Shown here: positions 62,441 through 64,000 of the stretch, piece after piece | How the letters are laid out: each line of letters starts with the position of its first letter | How positions within the stretch are numbered: the stretch's first letter is position 1 | Source of the DNA: Antedon mediterranea | Lineage: Eukaryota > Animalia > Echinodermata | Length of the DNA: 64,000 nucleotides | NCBI RefSeq assembly: GCF_964355755.1 | Contig: NC_092680.1 | Span: 12,533,045-12,597,044 of the forward strand | Direction: 5' to 3' | Notes under the pieces: model-generated | What the model was told of the DNA's origin: nothing | Seen by the model: only the letters and a program-made list of their open reading frames with translations | Database searches by the model: none | Made by a program: the position numbers and the translations under genes

Positions 62441-64000
62441 ATTTTAAAAAGATTTTTTACCCCAAGGATTAAAATATAGTATTTTATTATAATTTTAGGG
62501 ATTACAGTATATAGATTAAAAGTAATACTACAGTAATTCCATTACCATAGTATAAAACTGACTCCAGCATCAGTGCATCTATTAGTAATGCAATTAATTT
62601 TATTTAATAAAGTGAAATAAGTACACAAACAAACAATGAATTTAAGTAAAGTGTATAACACAACATTTATTAGATTAAAAAATAAACAAGTGGTGATGTC
62701 ATTACATGCTATATTTAGCACCATTTACTTTTATATAAATAAAGCATTTATTGTTAAATATTGCACCATTTTCTCGTATAAAGATCTGTCTATACTATCA
62801 AACTAGTTTGACAAAAAAAGTGTGAAGTGTCCAAATATGGTAGATATTCCCAAATATGGTAGTGATGTGACATCATCATGTCCATATATGGGCACATCAT
62901 ATTTTGTTGTCACATAAAGTTTGATAGTGTAGACAGAGCTTAAGGTTCATTACTTGTTCTCAGATAGAAATTACAACACCTAAGTAACTGCAATCTGTGC
63001 CACTATACAAAGATAACATACAGTATTAAAGCTACAATTCCTCATTGCATTCAGTCGATAGTATTCGTTTACTGAAAACCCCAATATATAAGGACTATTC
63101 TATCCATTATAAAACAGATTTTGTTGAATATGTCTTTGGTTATAATATAACAAAAATATGGCATAAATAAATTATATTACTTGCAATTAAAATATTTTTA
63201 TTCAAATTAGTCTGACCCTATAAATATGAGCTAAACCAATCTGAAATATTCAATAAGATTTATTGTACTGTATTTTATTTTGTTTTCAAACTTAAAAAAA
63301 AAATGTCTGATGACTGATTTTAAAGTTTGATAGAAGAGTTGGCTTTCGTGTATAAATATAATGCTATAAACTAAGCAGAGTGTTAACAAAAAAAGAAGAA
63401 ACAAAGAAAAAAGAAAACAATATGCAGTATTAATTTATGAATAACAATATTATGGTTTATCGCCAAGGGTCTTCTTTGCAAGCTACAATTAAAGGAAGGA
63501 AAAGCTGTATTGTAGTACTTCCTCCCATAAATATTCATATTAAATGTGCACATTTTGTGCTACAAATCTGAAAGTTATTCAGGACCTTGTATAAACCTCA
63601 GGACCTATAGCTTCATGATATAAGATTTTATAGTATGGGAAGCTCAACCTGCTACACATTATAGTATGCATGGTTTTGGGGTTGTGTAGAGGACTCAAGA
63701 AAGTTTAAAAAGGGGTGGAGGTGCAGTTATTTCCCTTTAGTACAAGCCAATGGTACTTTCAGCTGTGTTAAAGCATTTAACTTCATAGAAGTGTAACTTA
63801 ATAGGGAAGGTTCGCAACCTTACGAATACGATAACGAAAACGGATACGTCATACATTTGTGAAACTTTTGAGCTGATCCCCATTTCATATTCGTAAAGCG
63901 TATTCGTGTTGACGAATATCACCAGTCATATTCGTAACCACAAAACGAGTATAGTTTTTGATCTATTTTGCACATTTTGCATTTGAATTAGGAATGATTC

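Noticed and set aside
63737-64000. ORF 63737-63922 or start of a neighbouring gene
   Set aside because: Mostly made of ACGAAT/TTCGT repeats that look like a transposon end; no recognisable protein and truncated by the window edge.

Overview
AT-rich, intron-rich animal genomic DNA (marine invertebrate style; the species cannot be determined from the sequence). Two host genes sit head-to-head across 462 bp. On the minus strand is a 10-exon NagA/AMDHD2-like N-acetylglucosamine-6-phosphate deacetylase homologue (10176-22414, 409 aa, unusual HxH type). On the plus strand is an 18-exon RIOK1 kinase (22877-62440, 545 aa). The first 2.36 kb looks like one end of a Polinton/Maverick element (ACTACT terminus, 100-bp tandem array). 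It carries an intronless ORF missing from the ORF track because it runs off the window edge: two tandem PC4 ssDNA-binding domains fused to the start of an ALKBH2-like dioxygenase. This is the most novel signal. The introns are packed with transposons: a 15.6-kb PHD-FLYWCH-MULE element with nested LINE, Academ and Helitron insertions, three 4-5.5 kb Academ fold-back palindromes, Helentron-type elements and several MITE families. All exon models and domain calls were read by eye and need computational confirmation.
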